Assembly: GCF_009914755.1 (NCBI RefSeq)
Contig: NC_060935.1
Strand: one strand, 5' to 3'
Length of the DNA stretch: 64,000 nt
DNA from: the human T2T-CHM13v2.0 reference genome, Homo sapiens
Positions within the stretch are counted from its first letter, which is position 1. The number at the start of each line of letters is the position of its first letter. The notes under the pieces are model-generated. The model saw only the letters and a program-made list of their open reading frames with translations, did no database searches and was not told the origin of the DNA. Positions 46,255-59,674 of the stretch are shown one piece after another. The translations under genes and the position numbers were made by a program.

Positions 46255-48863
46255 AATAAATATTTACTGAGCACATACAATGTGTGAGGCTCTGAAATAG
46301 GGACAAAATCTATACAGAAGAGAAGATATAATTTCTGTCCTCAAAAACTCATGGTCTTATGGGGAGACAAATACAAAAAAGCAATGTATTGAGATCTATA
46401 ATGAGAATATATGTTAAAAACAAAAGTCAGGAAGATGGAGGGTCCAGGTTTGCTAGGAGGTGTCAGGCAAAGTCAATAGAGATGGCCAGGGAGCTAAGAC
46501 TTGAAGGATGTGTTTGTGATCAAGGCTTGATTTGCCCATATGTGCAACATGGTAGAAAGAGTGCCCCTCAAATAATCAGTAGGAAAATAAATATTGCTCT
46601 TTATCATGTGGGCTAAATTAGCTGCTTGAGGGGCCAGATAATGACACAAATATGATTGTGCAAAGCGAGACATTATAACATATTTCATAAGCTGCAGCAA
46701 TCTTTTTTCAGCTCATGAAAAACAAGATAATGCCCACAAAAATAAGATATTATGGCAAAATTGGTATTAATTACTAGGAGCCAAAGTGCGCTGCTTGAGG
46801 CTGTAAAACTTTTAATATTCCAGAAGAAAGCAGTTCAAGTAACAGGCTAACCATGATCGCTTAATCTCTTGGCAGCTTCCCAGCCTATGTTGGTGAACAA
46901 CAGAGCAGAGGCAGCAGAATCAGTCCCAAACAAACAGCCCCGTGAAGCGTTGCTAATTTGGCTGAGATGACTGGGTGGGGTGAGGAGGGCTGAGAGCACA
47001 AAAGTGCTCTCCTTGCAATTTACCTTCTTACTATTGACAAACTGGGCTCTGCAAAAAGCCACCGGGTTTGCCTCGTTGGGGCTTTTGAGATGCAACGGGC
47101 CATTGGTTCCTTAAGATCTGGTTTTCCAGTTGTCGTTTGTACCGATGAACTACATGGGTCCTTGGTGGGGGGTTGGCAATTATATCCTCTTTCCTGCCTC
47201 TTCCCTTCTTTCAGGCATAAACGTACACACACATGCACTCAATGCACAAAGCTCCTAACTTACATAAAGGTCAGGATCTAACTGCTTCTATTTCCACACT
47301 TTGAATGCGAGACCAATTTGGTGACAGCCTCTCGTGCCATTAACGAAATAGAAACATATGCACATGCAGCGATAAAACAGATCTGAAACAACATCCCTGC
47401 CACCTGTTGGGTGGCAGCTGAAATCAGACATCTTAATGTATGATATTATGGGAATTACCCACATTAAGATAAAATATCTGGATTTAAGTAACTGTCTTTT
47501 GCTCTGAATTAACTTGAAGGTTGAACTCAGAAAACAAAGGCAAACGACTTGGGGCTAAGCAACTTACTCCACAGCCATCGTGCCCGGCTGCCGCTCTGGT
47601 GGGGGCACTATGTAGAAATGTTGGTGGCAGTTTTCACTTCTCCTAATTGACAGCAGAAGATCTAGCTGTGCTCCAGCATTCTGGACATGAAGGGAAATGA
47701 GAAGGCTAGCCTGTACCCAAGATGTGAGCTTCTAAAAGAAACAGGAACTAGGGTCTGCTTCATTCCTGAGTCTTCAGCACTTAGCAGAGTCCCTGATATA
47801 TAGCGGATCTTTACAAGTATTTGTTGAGTGAAAGAAGAGGTATGGTAAGTCCTTTCTCAACCACCAAGTACATTCTCTGTTCCTTCTGCTTCCCCCTTCC
47901 TTTTCTTGTACATTTTACACCAGTATAAACCTCCACTTCCCTCACCTGGCTGGAATCTATATTGCAGCATCACCAGCATCAGCTAGTGCCAGGAAGGTTT
48001 CCTCTCTTCAGGAGCTTTGCAAGACTTCACTGTGTCAGTTCTATTCCTAGCTGCAGGAAGTCCCTTTTCTGGTAGCCTCCTTTGCTGGCTCATGATGCAG
48101 ACCTGACTAGGAAGACTAAGGCAGTTTTGTAAATTGGTGTGGGGGCAGCAAGTACAAGACTCCAAGCATCCCCTCTGGTGGTTGGCAGAGGATTTCAGTC
48201 TGCTGGGCTGACGAAGTGGAGAGGCTGCCCTGGGCTTCAAACTGGACCTGGTACTACCTCCAACCCTGTGGATGTTTGCTCCTGTAGCATATGGCCCAAT
48301 GCACCTGATTGCCTTAGTTTTCCATGGAAAAGACAAGAAGGTGGTTTTCACTCCTCTACCATGTTTATTCAGCCTCGTTAACTCCACTGAGTTTGCTCTG
48401 ATAGGCCAGAAAAAAAATAAGTTATGGTTAAGGTGTAATGTGTCCAGAAGTGCCCAAATTGTTGTTTTTTGCCAGGATGGGGAAGTCCACTGAGATGTAA
48501 AGATCTAAGCTGAGATTGACCTTTGAATCTTTTCAACAGGTATTCATTGAATCTATAGGAAGTCTGGTACTATGTGAGGTTTTAGGGATGGGTTTGGAGC
48601 TGAACAGAGAAAAAAAGAAGTAAAAGAAATAATCCCTGTTCACAGGAGTTAGTGTGTGAGACAGAGATATATGCACATGACACTATGTAATAAATTGTAA
48701 ATAAATGATAGAGGTAAAGATCAAAGAAGGGGAAGAGAGAGAGGACTGGCTGATAGAGGATTATGGAAGAATTCCTAGAGGGGTTAGGTCTTGAGGACTG
48801 GATTGGACTAGAGAGTCATTGGGGAGAAGTCAGTAAACAGAAAGAGGAGATTTTCCTGAAGAC

Positions 48864-49202
48864 CAGGGGTCCCCAACCCTTGGGCTGTGGATCAGTACCA
48901 GTCTGTGGCCTGTTAGGAACTGGGCTGCACAGCAGGAGGTGAGTGGCCAGCAAGCATTACTGCCTGAGCTCTGCCTCCTGTCAGATCAGCGGTGGCACTG
49001 GATTCTCATAAGCGCGCGAACCCTATTGCGAACTGCACATACAAGGGATCCAGGTTGCATGCTCCTTAGGAGAATCTAACTAGTGCCTGGTGATCTAAGG
49101 TGGAACAGTTTCATCCCGAAATCATCACCTGCCCTGCACGTCCATGGAAAAATTGTCTTCCGCTGATCCAGTCCCTGATGCCAAAAATGTTGGGGACCAC
49201 TG
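48864..49202 (+). mobile_element. MER1B hAT-Charlie DNA transposon (MITE)
   Basis: TIRs caggggtccccaac / gttggggaccactg; 8-bp TSD ctgaagac / ctgtagat; MER1 internal sequence. Confidence 0.9.
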
Positions 49203-49232
49203 CTGTAGATGTTTAAGATACCGTGGTACTAT

Positions 49233-49368
49233 AGCTGAATGCAGTGGCTCACAGCTGTAATCTCAGCACCTTGGGTGGCTGAGGTGGGAGAAAAGCTTGA
49301 GGCCAGGAGTTGGAGGCTAGCCTGTCTAACATAGCAAGACCCTGTCTCTATTTAAAAAAAAAAAAAAA
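49233..49368 (+). mobile_element. Free left Alu monomer (FLAM_C-like)
   Basis: gcagtggctcacagctgtaatctcagcac...gcaagaccctgtctct plus poly(A); diverged TSD agataccgtggtacta / agatattgtggtatta. Confidence 0.85.
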
Positions 49369-49960
49369 GATATTGTGGTATTAGCACAGGGATAGACTAA
49401 TTGACCAATATATCAGAATACAGTGCTAGCGACATATCCACAGAAACTTATATGACTGGTGGCCTTGCAGGTCACTGGGGAGATAAGGGACAACTTAACA
49501 CCGGGGCTGGGACAATTGCCTGTACTTATACAGAATAACTGAAATTGGATCCTAATGCACAAATCCTAAAAATAATTTCTTGAAAAACTAGACTTAAATG
49601 TAAAAGGCCAAGCTGTTAAACATTTAGAAGTAAATAAAGGAGGCTCTCTTTGTAACTATGAGGGGTGGAAGATTTCTTCAACATAACACAAAAAGTATTA
49701 ATAATGAATTCAAAAGTTGATAAATGTAAATACATTAAAATTGAGAATGTATGTTCACCAAAACAATGGCATGAAGAAAGAGAAGAGACAAAGCACAGAT
49801 GGGAAGAAATATATTTGTAACAAATAGATTCAGTAAAGGATTAGTACAAATAGATTCAATAAAATATAAAGAATTCAGAAAAGCCATTAAGAAAAAGACA
49901 AGTAGTCCAACAGTTAAGTGGAGTAGGGGGAGATGTGAAAAGACCTTCTATAGTAAAGAG
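49369..49960 (+). mobile_element. Ancient L1M ORF2 3' fragment
   Basis: tgtggtattagcacagggatagactaattgaccaat; agacttaaatgtaaaagg; aagttgataaatgtaaatacattaaaattgagaa. Confidence 0.7.
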
Positions 49961-51315
49961 AATAAAGACTGACAAGGGGCCAAGAGCTGGGTAGAAACTG
50001 GGAAGGTTAAAGGGTCATAGAGTAAGGAAAGGGGCCAAGATGTAGACTTGTAGGCAGGAGAGTCACTATACTCTTAAAAGCAGGGGCAGGTACAGAAATT
50101 AGCAGCAACCTCCACCTTTTGAAACTCTCACCAATAGCCTTGCATTAAAAGCATGGGCTCAGTCGGCCACTGGCAGGTCACTGAGGAAGGTCAGAGCATG
50201 GAATGAATAGCTCATAGACAATACACAAAGTCGTATGTCAATAAGTCCCTACTCTGGAACCCTCATCTTGGGCACTTCTGCAATAGATCTGAAGCCTGTG
50301 AACTTCGTGGAGACCTGATCTGAAACCTGCAGCAGCAAGGGGCTGGATTTGGCTGGATCTGGCAGTTGTCTCCATTCCTCACCCTCATTGGACCTCATAA
50401 CTCCTTCTGGGGCCCCTGCACCATGGGGTTGCCTGTTATTTTCCTGTGGTGGCACAGTGGCTGATGAAGTGCTGTTCCTCAGCTATGGCAGCCAACACTA
50501 CTAGATAGAAGCTGCTTGTCAAGAAAATCCTTCAAAGGCCCTATTGCCTTGAAATGATATGCACTATTTCTATGGGCTCTTAAACAGAATAATTCATTAG
50601 TCAGTTAAGAACAATCAATATCTCACTCCGACAATTTACACACTGACTCTGTTTACCCAGTGGACCCTCTCTGATAATATTATTTATGATCCTAAATAAC
50701 TCCATCGGTGTTCAATAGAGCTGGAGGTGCCTCTGGGACCAGGACACAATCAAATTATGAAGACATATGGTTTGCTCAGCTCTGGAAATGTTCAGACGCA
50801 TTTCATTGATGTTAGTCTCACAGTGGTACCTCCCTGCTCAGTTCTACAATCTTCCTAATGGTGTCTGTAGGATGGCCCTCCTCTTTAGGAAGGGACTGCC
50901 AAGGGAATTTTATGGTGGCTATTTCAGGATTCTCCAAAGTGAAGGACACATAGAATAGTTCAGTGGATTCTAGACCAGGCTGGCAATTATGATGTACTAG
51001 GCTTTGCCTATAGAAGGGTATGGAACAAATTAGCCTGGGAGAGATTTGTGAGGCAGCAGAGAGACAAGGATGTGGGGTGTGTGTGTGTAGGAGAACACAG
51101 GAGGGGTGAGGTTAGGTGAGAAGCAGAGGATTTGTGGGGTCAAATAAGTACGTTGGAGTTCATAAGATTTCAGGGAGATCCCCAGACTTACTTCAAGATA
51201 GAAGGAGAGAGGTAAGGTGAGACCATTCACTTAAAAACACATCCCTTTATTATGGGACTTCTTACAATGAACATGTATTATTTATGTAATTAAAAATACA
51301 GAGAGATGGTAAGTC

Positions 51316-51430
51316 TCCCTCTTTTTCCTCTCCCTCCCTCTCTTTATTTTCCTCCCTCCCTGTTACCCCCTCGCTCCTCCTCCTCCTCCTCCTCCTCCTC
51401 CCTTTTCTTTTTCTTTCTTTGTCTCTGTCT
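51316..51430. repeat. Polypyrimidine tract with (TCC)n
   Basis: Visible. Confidence 0.85.
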
Positions 51431-52224
51431 CATATGCACACCACAGTTTAGAGAAGCAGCATCAAGAGAGGCTCTGATGTGGCTTCATCACTAACTGCAG
51501 CAGGACAACATCAGTGCACATTCGGAGCCCGTTTTATAGAATGGACTGTGAAGGCAAAGTGTCAAAGAGGGAAAAGGCAGCATTGCAAAGACAGAGCAGG
51601 CACTAAAATCTCTCTTATTTTCCTACTCATTAACCCTTTAGTCCTCAGGAGAGCAGGCGAAATGGGGAGGGCTGCAGTCATGAAGAGAGGAAGGGCCCGG
51701 CCCAGGATCTCCTAAGCTGTCTACATTGTAGTGTTCTGATCCCAGCCTGAGAGGGAAGCCCCCAGGGCCCAGCCTATGTGGGTTATGACAGCCTCTCAAA
51801 GGGCAGCTGAAATCTGGGGCAGGTGCCAGCACCTGGCAATCACTTTTGAAACCTGCTCTTTCCAAATACTCTACATAATAACCCTGACCGCTTAGCAGAG
51901 GAGACATTGCCATCCCCACTTACTAGATGAGGCAATGAAGAGTTCCGGGCATGAATGCCCAGACCCAGTACCAGGAACTCTGGACTCCTAGCCAGCAATC
52001 TCTAGACTAGCCCAGCAGCATTTCTGCTCATCTGACCTGTGACTAATGGCCAGCAGTGAGTGGCTATGTGCAGTTCTGGACCAGAGGGTAATCTGTGGCA
52101 AAAGCTTCAAAGACAAAAAATACATGGCAGCATGTGGGGAAGATGCCCATCAATTTCTAGCCCCATAGTACTCTGGTTCTATTGATGAACTGATCTTTGC
52201 TGCACAAGAGTCTCACGGATGCTC

Positions 52225-52234
52225 TGACTCTCTC

Positions 52235-52269
<35 letters not shown>

Positions 52270-52300
52270 ACTCTCTCTGTCTCTCCCATCCTCCCTTCCT
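52225..52300. repeat. (TC)n microsatellite / pyrimidine tract
   Basis: Visible. Confidence 0.9.
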
Positions 52301-55300
52301 TTCTGTTTTCGTTTTATCCTCAGATATTTACTGAATACATGCCATGTTCCAAACATTCAGAAAGGAGTTGTAATCGATAAAGAAGACACCTGTCTACAAG
52401 AAGCTTACAGTCTACTGGCCAGAGATGAGATGTGTCCACAGATAACCATGCTGCAAGTTAAGTAAAGAAGAATCTGTAAGAGTGCTATGCCACTGTGACC
52501 TGTTCTTTGAAAAAGCTTGAAATGAAATCACAAAGCAACTTTCTTGATTTCCCACTATTTACATTTACTTAAGGAGGAAAGTTCTACTAACCCCAAATAT
52601 GTACATGGAAAGATCCATGACCTTTAGGAATATTTTGGGGGAAATAAAATGTTCAATGATACCTGAAATCATATCTAGATTGAACTCATATTTAGAATGC
52701 CTGATCCCATGTAATGGTCAAAGCTTCCAACTTCATACAAAGTTATAGCTGGTTTCTCTCTCCCCAGCCAGTGCCTGCAACAGGGCAGGGGTTGAATGGT
52801 CAGCTTGTATCGGCAGAGGTCCCATTGTTCCTGCATGCGGCCCAGTGGGCAGGGCCTAACTTTGTACCATCCCAGCTCTCTTGCTTGCAAAGCCCATATG
52901 AAAACCCTAGGAAACACTTAGGCATCTTTGCCTGAGCAGATACTGGGAGAGCAACTCACCCATGTGCCACCTCCTCTGCTTTCCTCCCTTCTGTCACCCA
53001 GATTTTACAGGTGAAGGTCACATGTCAGGCACTCATTCTCCCACACTACAGGGGACATACACTCTGCTGTCTGAGTGGTCCCATTGAAGACCCCCTAGCA
53101 GACTGGAGATAAGGTACAGTTACACCTGCCTCTCCCCTTAGGGAGGTGGAACTCACAGCTCACCTGTCTCTAAAGAAGCCCTCTTCACAAATACCTTCCT
53201 GTCAACCTCCCACACACTTATTTTTTTAATACCCTTGACAAGAGTGAGGGTTTTGAGCTGTGAAACCAGTTTCTGGATATTTCCTTTGAAATTTCCATCC
53301 CAGTCTGGCTCCTTGCTGGAGCAGCCAATATTCTGCCATTTCAGGTGCTGAGCCCTGGCCTGGGAGGTGCCAGCAGGGAGAGGCCAATTCCAGCAGAGGA
53401 GAGTCCAGGCATGTGGGGATATGGTGGTGTTCTCCATGGAGGGAGAAACAGGGCATTAATAAAACAGTGCCAGGAATAACCCTGTGATTGATGGGTAAAG
53501 GTCATGGACTCTGGGATACTGGCAGGCACTGATGGGAACCTGTTAGGGCTGGACCGGGACCATCTCTGGCTTCCTGCTTCCCTCAGGTACCAGGATGCTC
53601 TGCTATGGTCTCTGGCAAAACTGAGCACTGGGGCTGGGCACATAATTTTGCCTGGGACAACTGCTGTAGGGGCTTCAGAATGCCTGGTTTTCTAAATTTT
53701 ATTGGTGTCAGGAGAGAGCTTTGATAAGCTTTAATGTGCTATTAATTATTTGGGCTGTTAAAAAAGGGAGTGCATGAGAGGCTTGGAGTTGAATGATCTC
53801 ATTTCTGAGGTTCTGAGGAGGTACACACATACACCCCAGTGGAAGCCAACTCAGGATCCAGCTGCTCACGGAGTTCCTCCCTCTGCTCAGACACCAAGAG
53901 TGCTGCTGCCTGAGACTGAGCAGAGTAGGGAACTGGGGAGGATCTCCACTGCTTTAAACTTAAATGTAACTTGGGCAATTTGGACTTTCTTTGGGCTTTA
54001 ATTCGCAAGGGCTAAATACTTTGATTTTGGACTTTAATCTCTTTGGGATTTTAATCTCTAAATTTTTCCCTAGGAATTTGATAATGGGAAGGGTTTATAT
54101 CCAAATTTGGGGCATCTTATTTTCCCATTTATTATTGAAGAAATCTTTATGCATTTTTTATTAGCTCTTTATGCATTTTATTATTGAAGTATCTTCACTC
54201 TGCTATTAAACCTCATTACAGAACCTCTGATGAGGTTAGTGGTCCATGTGGCTGGACATCAATTTGGATTGGAAATAGAACAGGCTCTGAACTTGCAGTC
54301 TTAGACACAACATAGCCTTGGACTGGATTTTATTAACACACTGTTCTGGCTCATCTCAGAGGCTTATGGAAGTGAAATCAACAGTGTCTTAGGATGGTCC
54401 CAGGAAGGCACAGGAAGGAACAGAAGTTGATGCTGGGGGAGCGACCTCCTGCTCAGATAGTTAGCTCATCCCCTCCTGGAGCCAGATGACCACATACCTG
54501 GTTGTCCAGGGGTTAAACATTAAGCCCAGCTGGTTAAGATAACAAAAATCTGGGGAATTTTTATCCCCTTCCTTCTCTAGTTTTCATATAGAGGGACTTC
54601 CCTGACCCCACACACTTGGCCCCTCTCTACTCCCTTTTTGACCCAGCTAGGAGTGATTTGTCACTTGAGTTTATGTATGACTCACTCTCTTCCCCTCCCT
54701 CTCCCTCTCTTTTGGTATATGCCTGCCCTGGGAGAACACACAAGCTCTGCTGTCAGCCATGTGGTAAGATTCGTGGGGCTGGCTCTGCCCCGACTGGGGA
54801 AGCCTGAAGTTTTGGGGGATCAGATCAGCTCAGGGGTAGAGTAGCAGGTCATTCTGGTCTGACACAAGCCACCCCCTCTAATTTAACATTATCAGGAATA
54901 AAGGTGCTATTTCGATCTTCATTTCTCTGGCTCTTGGTCTGTCAATGGAGTGGTTCTGTAGTCGGAGAGGGTGAAAGTGGAGTTACAAATTTGCCCCCCT
55001 CAAACCTGAGAAGCAACTCTTTGGACCAATAGCAAAGTGATTTCTCAGCTGTGAACTAACAGTTTGCTTTTGGAATGAATCATGTGCTTTCAATTTTCCA
55101 CTTCAAAAACACACACTTCAGCAGAAGTCACTTTACAGCAAATGAAAGAAGAAATTTCCCCAGGGGAGAAAGGTGTTTGTTACTTAGAGGAGGGTAGAAG
55201 GGATGACTTAGGAGCATCTATTTTTCCCAACTGTGAAGTCACCAGGAGGTCTTTTTGATATTATTGCCCTTCTAGCCAATAAGGCAGTGGTTTGCAAAAT

Positions 55301-55639
55301 GCTAGCAATTAAGCAGTGCTCTAATTGGCTGAATTGTATCTCTCTGTCCAGAGTTCTGGGAGAGAACATAGGCAGGGTTAGGCATGGGAGAATGTGTCTG
55401 ACTCACAACGAAGGTAGGAAGGGCTGGGTGGGTTTTATTGTGGGATAACTTTCCCAGAGCCTCCTCTATTTAGCTCTCCACATGGAAGCAGGGCTGTCAA
55501 AATGGCAAGTTCTACAGAGTGCCCCATTGCAACTGCTCCTCATTAAACTCCCTTCAGAGTCAAGAATGTGTTCACTCTCCTCTTCCTCTTTATATACTCA
55601 CCACCGCCATCGCCAGCACCTTCACCTTCATCATTGTCT

Positions 55640-55820
55640 CTCTCATTTATGGAGCACTGTGCTAAGCCATTTTTATGCATGATCTTCTCCTCACAACAAC
55701 CCTGTGAGATAGATACCCTTATTTCCCCCCATTTCCAATGGGTAAACTGAGGCTGCAGGAAATTGAGCCAATAAATGGTAGAGCCAGAATTCCAGTTCAG
55801 ACCAAATGTGACTCCAGTAC
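55640..55820 (-). mobile_element. MIR SINE
   Basis: cctcacaacaaccctgtgagatag...cccatttccaatgggtaaactgaggct. Confidence 0.85.
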
Positions 55821-56634
55821 ACTATGCAATGTAGATGCCTATCCAATGTCTTCTTGGATGCTTCCAATGACGAGGTGCTCAGTAACTCCTGAGCTTCCCG
55901 TTGCACTGTTGGACAGATTGCAAGCTTTCCTCCCCAGGTCTCTGACATTCTGCCTGTCGTTACACAGAATGCATCCTGTCACACCATGGCAGCATGTTTG
56001 ATTGAGGCAGGGCCCTAGTTAATGCTTTGCAGTCAAGCAGGGATACTGGGCTGGTGTAATGTAAAATGCTGACCTGGGGAAATGGCATTTCACTGAACTC
56101 ACTGAGGCTTGAAATGGGTGTGCTGTGAACTGTACGGCCTTGCCCTCCTGAAGAGAGGGCCCCGAGGGATAGCTGGAAGGCCTGGCAGAGTGCCTCTCCT
56201 CCCTCTCAGCATGCCATGGCCTTCTAGGGGGCTTCCAGTTCCATGCTGAGGCTATACTTCCCTCTCAGGGAGAGCTGGTTGCTCCCGCATGCTGTTTGTA
56301 GTGTTTTACATCTACCTCTGCAAACCTGCTGGGCGTTCTGGCTGGATGATGCTGTTCACATTCCGAATGCTTGTGTTTACCCACCTCCTCACTGAACAAA
56401 TTTACAAAGTCAACATTTTGGGACATCTCAGAGATTTAAAAAAAAAATGGCAACACAAAACTAACACAACTATGTTGTCCTCTCCCACCCCCTTGTTTCT
56501 AACACATCATAGAGTGGAATTAACAAGATTCTAGTCCTTGGCACTGGATCAATTCTGGATGCCATCTCCACCCAGTCTCCATCCCGTCTTTCCCCTAACT
56601 CTTACTGTTCTGATAAGTGATGGTAAACAGAAAA

Positions 56635-56790
56635 CAGGCCATTGTGTCAACTATACCTGGCTTCCAATCCCAACTCAGTCTCTCACTAGCTCTGTGATGA
56701 TGAGTAAGTTACATAATCTCTGCGAGCTTTAGTTTTCTCATGGGAAACTGATACACGCTTTGCATTGTTGTGCTGAGCTTTAGGCAAGGT
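56635..56790 (+). mobile_element. MIR SINE
   Basis: ctcactagctctgtgatgatgagtaagttacataatctctgcgagctttagttttctca. Confidence 0.7.
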
Positions 56791-57369
56791 ATCCAGGATG
56801 TGCATGGTTTTGGTTGCTGGTTGGTCATTCCAGGATTTCATCCTTTCGACCTTGACCAGTTCAGTGATTAATGGTTTTCATCAGTTAAATCTGGATGATG
56901 GAGTAATTGAGTCAGGAGTGGGACAGGGCAGCTGGACCCAGAGCAGACACTGAGCACCCCTGGGCAAGCCCCCAATCTTTCTGTGTTTTTGTGCCTCCAT
57001 CTGTTGTGCCCTGATCTGAAATCATTTTGTCTCTTACTGGAAGGATGTGAGGCTGAGATGGAAAGAAGAAGGAGAGGTGCTCAAAAGTCTGCTGAAGAAA
57101 GATGAATAGCCCCTTGTAAGCCCCACTTACTGCTGCCCACCCTTGATTGTCTGTGGCCGTAGAGGAGAGAGAGCGTAATTCTATAAGAGAGGAGCACCCA
57201 AAACTGCTGCTTGATAACCCTGGGTGTCTCCTAGACAAAAGCCCTACTCCTTGGGGTATTGTTCATGTTCTTCATGTTCTGGTCCCAGGAGACTTCTGCA
57301 GAGGCATCTCTCTGCTCCCTTCTCTCTCCCCAGGGACTACCCACTCTGCCTTGAATATACTGTGCCCAT

Positions 57370-57732
57370 TTGCTCCTTTGATTTTTTATTCTTGGAATGT
57401 CCTCCCTTCAACCTCCTTTGCCCCTATACTGCCCCACCAGGTGAACTCAAATTCATCCTCATGGTTTCCTCTAAAGTGTCCTCTGATCTCTATGTGGCTT
57501 TTTTTTTTTAACTCCTCCTGACTTCCTCTCCATTTTTATGCCTCTTCTCCCTGTACATGCAGCGATAGCCTCTACTACAGCACCTCATAGTGTGCTGCAA
57601 TGTCTGTTTACATGGCAGCATCCCCTGTCAGATTTAGGGCAGGGACTGTGCTTATTCTTCCCCATGTCCCCAGTGCCCAGTAAAGTGCCAGGCAAATAAT
57701 AGACAATTAATAAATACTTGTTGTTGAATTGC
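57370..57732 (+). mobile_element. L2 3' region
   Basis: agggcagggactgtgc...cccagtgcccagtaaagtgccaggcaaataatagacaattaataaatacttgttgttgaat. Confidence 0.75.
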
Positions 57733-58586
57733 ATTCAGAGCTGTGTGTGCCCCAGCTCTCTTCTTCCACCTCTCCCTTCCCACAGCACACTCATGGTCTC
57801 TCCCTCTTGCCCTGCCCTCTCCTCATTTCTCCCCTCCCTTGTCCCATCGCTGTCCTTGCTATCTCCTAATTGAATTTTTCTGGACAGTAACAAGGCCAGA
57901 GATATCTTGCAAAGTGAATACACCACCCACAAATAATCAAGTTGCCACCATTCTCTTAGGCGAGCACCATTTTGGGGATACTATTTATCTCCCCTTCTTC
58001 CCATATGTCCAACCCCAGGGTGGGTCATAAAGGGGACAAAACCAGCTCCTCTAATTTGGTGGAGTCCAGCGTGGAGCCAAGCAGCACACGTCCCTCCTCC
58101 TGCTCCTCTTACCTCCGCAGGCAGCTCTGGGCAAACAAGTCAGTCTTCATTAAGACAAGGCACACCTGTTACCTGCGCGAACTCTGCCCTTCTCCCCGGT
58201 GGCAATTAGCCGGGCTCTGGCTGGTGGAAAAGCATTGGCTTCCCCTGCTTTCTCTGTGAGCTTTTCTTAGTGAACCAGCTATCAGAATCTCCTGCCCAGG
58301 GGTCCTGCTGTCCGTTATTATATCACCGCCCCTGCCATCCTGCCTTTACAGCAGCCCTTGGAGAGGAATCTTAATGTGTGCTGAAGACAGCAGCAGGAGT
58401 AGGAGGGGGCAAGGAGAGACAAGAACTCGGGTTTCTGGGCAGGTGAAGGGGGCCTGCACTGTATTGTCTTAAACTTCAGAGAGACAGTTTCAGGAACCTT
58501 GTATTTATTTATTCCTTATTTCCAGCAAAGGTGAGAATGCAGTGAGGGCCGGTCCAGCATGGATAAAATAGAGCTGCCTGCACGGT

Positions 58587-58710
58587 GGGGATTGGGGCGG
58601 GGGTGGGGAGAAGAAAAAGTGCCACTTTGAACAGAGTAAGGAGGGAATGGGCTTTGTGGGGTCATTTAGTCCATCCCCCTGCCTCCCTAGCCCTCTGAAC
58701 TATAAAAGCC
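58587..58710 (+). promoter_or_regulatory. Promoter-like motif cluster (inverted CCAAT, GC box, CACCC box, G4 motif, TATA)
   Basis: ggggattggggcgggggtgggg at 58587-58608; tataaaag at 58701-58708. Confidence 0.3.
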
Positions 58711-58929
58711 TTCCCTTTCTCTCAATTAGGAATGAAGCATGCCGGGCCTCATCTCGGACCTGCACACTGCCCCTCATTATGTTCATGATCGGGTGAGGAT
58801 TCTTGTCTCATGTCTTTCCAAGTCCTTGCAAGGCAGTGTCTCTCTGCTTACAGCATTCTATTCCAGCAGGAAATGGATAAAGAGTGGCCAGAAGGTGAAA
58901 AAGAAGAGATGGCCCCCTGAAAGGGACAT

Positions 58930-59325
58930 CCACATTTATTTGAGCACCTACCAGGTACCAGACATTATGCTTGACCATTTTTATCCACAATTTTAGTTAA
59001 TACTCATGATAACCCAGGAAATATTAATAGATCAATTTCCCCACTTTACAGAAGTAGTCACTAAGACCCAGAGAGAGGAAGGGATTTTCCAACGTTGCCC
59101 AGCTGTACGTAGTGCCCACCGTACCCTTCTACCCGTTGTATAGAGTTGAGCAGGTTTTTTAAAGCTCTCTACACCTCAGCTTTTCCATATGTAAAATGAG
59201 AGAAATAATAGTAGCAGCCTCACAAGGTTGTTGTTAGAATTAGAATTAGTTAACAGATACAATTCTTAGAAGAATACTTGGTACATCATAAACATCTTGT
59301 AAATGTTAGCTGCTATTATTAGTAG
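58930..59325. mobile_element. Two MIR fragments (- strand ~58930-59105, + strand ~59150-59325)
   Basis: cccactttacagaag...cccagagag; cctcagcttttccatatgtaaaatgagagaaataatagtagcagcctcacaaggttgttg. Confidence 0.75.
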
Positions 59326-59327
59326 TA

Positions 59328-59621
59328 TTAATTATTATTACTTGAGACACAGTCTTGCTCTATTGCCAAGGCTGGAGTGCAGTGGCACAATCATACCTAA
59401 CTGCAGCCTTGACCTTCCCTGGTCAAGTGATCTTCCCACATCAGCCTCTTGAATAGCTGGGACCACAGGCATATGCCACCACCCCCAGCTAATTTTTTTA
59501 TTTTTTATAGAGACAGGCTCTCACCATGTTTCCCAAACTGATCCTGAACTCCCAGCCTCAAGTGATCCTCCTGCCTCAGCCTCCCAAAGTGCTGGGATTA
59601 CAGGTGTAAGCCACGGCACGT
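59328..59621 (-). mobile_element. AluJ (Jo-like), full length
   Basis: gagacacagtcttgctct...ctgcagccttgacc...ctcccaaagtgctgggattacaggtgtaagcca. Confidence 0.9.
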
Positions 59622-59674
59622 AGCTATTATCATTATTTTTAGTCTTTTATTCCTGAATGACAGAGCTTTCTGGG

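Noticed and set aside
47585-47612. Possible CTCF site (ctggtgggggcacta)
   Set aside because: Only the 3' half fits the motif; the core CCASYAG positions mismatch
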